From Alphaproteobacteria bacterium (GTDB lineage Bacteria > Pseudomonadota > Alphaproteobacteria > UBA828), in assembly GCA_965237415.1 (NCBI GenBank), contig CBDEFM010000002.1:2432001-2496000 (forward strand): 64,000 nt of DNA, written 5' to 3'. Position 1 is the stretch's first letter, and each line of letters begins with the position of its first letter. The translations under genes were made by a program, and so were the position numbers. The notes below the pieces were generated by a model that had not been told where the DNA came from, did no database searches, and worked only from the letters and a program-made list of their open reading frames with translations. Of the stretch, positions 63,629 through 64,000 are shown one piece after another.

Positions 63629-64000
63629 ATGACGCGAGGGTTGTCCGAGCTCTATCGGGAAGACCCCTACAAGGCCGACCACCTGATTGTTTGGGCGCGT
63701 GACCCATCCCGATAGGCGCGGGTTCCTCAAGAACGCCGGTCTGGCCGCCATGGCGGCGCTGGTCGGCGGGACGATCCCCTTCCACCGCAGCATGCCGGCG
63801 CATTTCATTCCCGTAGCGCTTGCTGACGACAGCATCATTCAGGGCAAGGACGGCCTGGTCGAGAGCCCGCTGACCCTCGGTATCGACGACCTCAAGCGCA
63901 GGTTCGATGTCGTCACCCGCGCGCTGACGCTGGAGTGCGCCGGCAACGGCCGCGCCTTCTTCGATCCGCCGGCCGACGGCGCGCAGTGGACCTACGGCGC
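63629..64000 (+). pseudogene. Sulfite oxidase family molybdoenzyme (SorA/SoxC-like), disrupted, runs off window
   Basis: MTRGLSELYREDP frame stops at 63713; +1 frame gives Tat RRGFLK and LECAGNGR..QWTYG; the segment normally between signal and Moco core (NAETP..RNNG) is absent. Confidence 0.7.

Overview
High-GC alphaproteobacterial chromosome segment (Rhodospirillales-like gene content; the enzyme families present are also common in marine/host-associated MAGs, which is inference). It is mostly core genome: uvrD, phoX, glycine riboswitch + gcvTHP, lolA-ftsK, the tRNA-Tyr/Gly-tuf-tRNA-Trp-secE-nusG-rplKAJL-rpoBC cluster, rlmB, tRNA-Thr, ispDF-pgpA-cinA-queG, ccdA/tlpA, and an aromatic-metabolism block (decarboxylase, boxB, boxC, paaK, pheA). 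Most notable observations: (1) a 71-aa in-frame SH3b-like domain inserted in RNA polymerase beta just after the gate loop; (2) a transposase-less IS1595-type cassette (11-bp IRs, 8-bp AAATTCTA target duplication) carrying a Panacea/SocA antitoxin coupled to an unknown membrane protein; (3) a 64-aa pre-peptide whose signal peptide would release the octapeptide CFLVIPYW; (4) a 127-bp MITE in a stop codon; (5) iteron-like ATCCC repeats; (6) a decaying right end (nrtS pseudogene, IorA/IorB deletion chimera, broken sulfite-oxidase-family gene). All calls come from reading the sequence and recalling family motifs; no searches were run.
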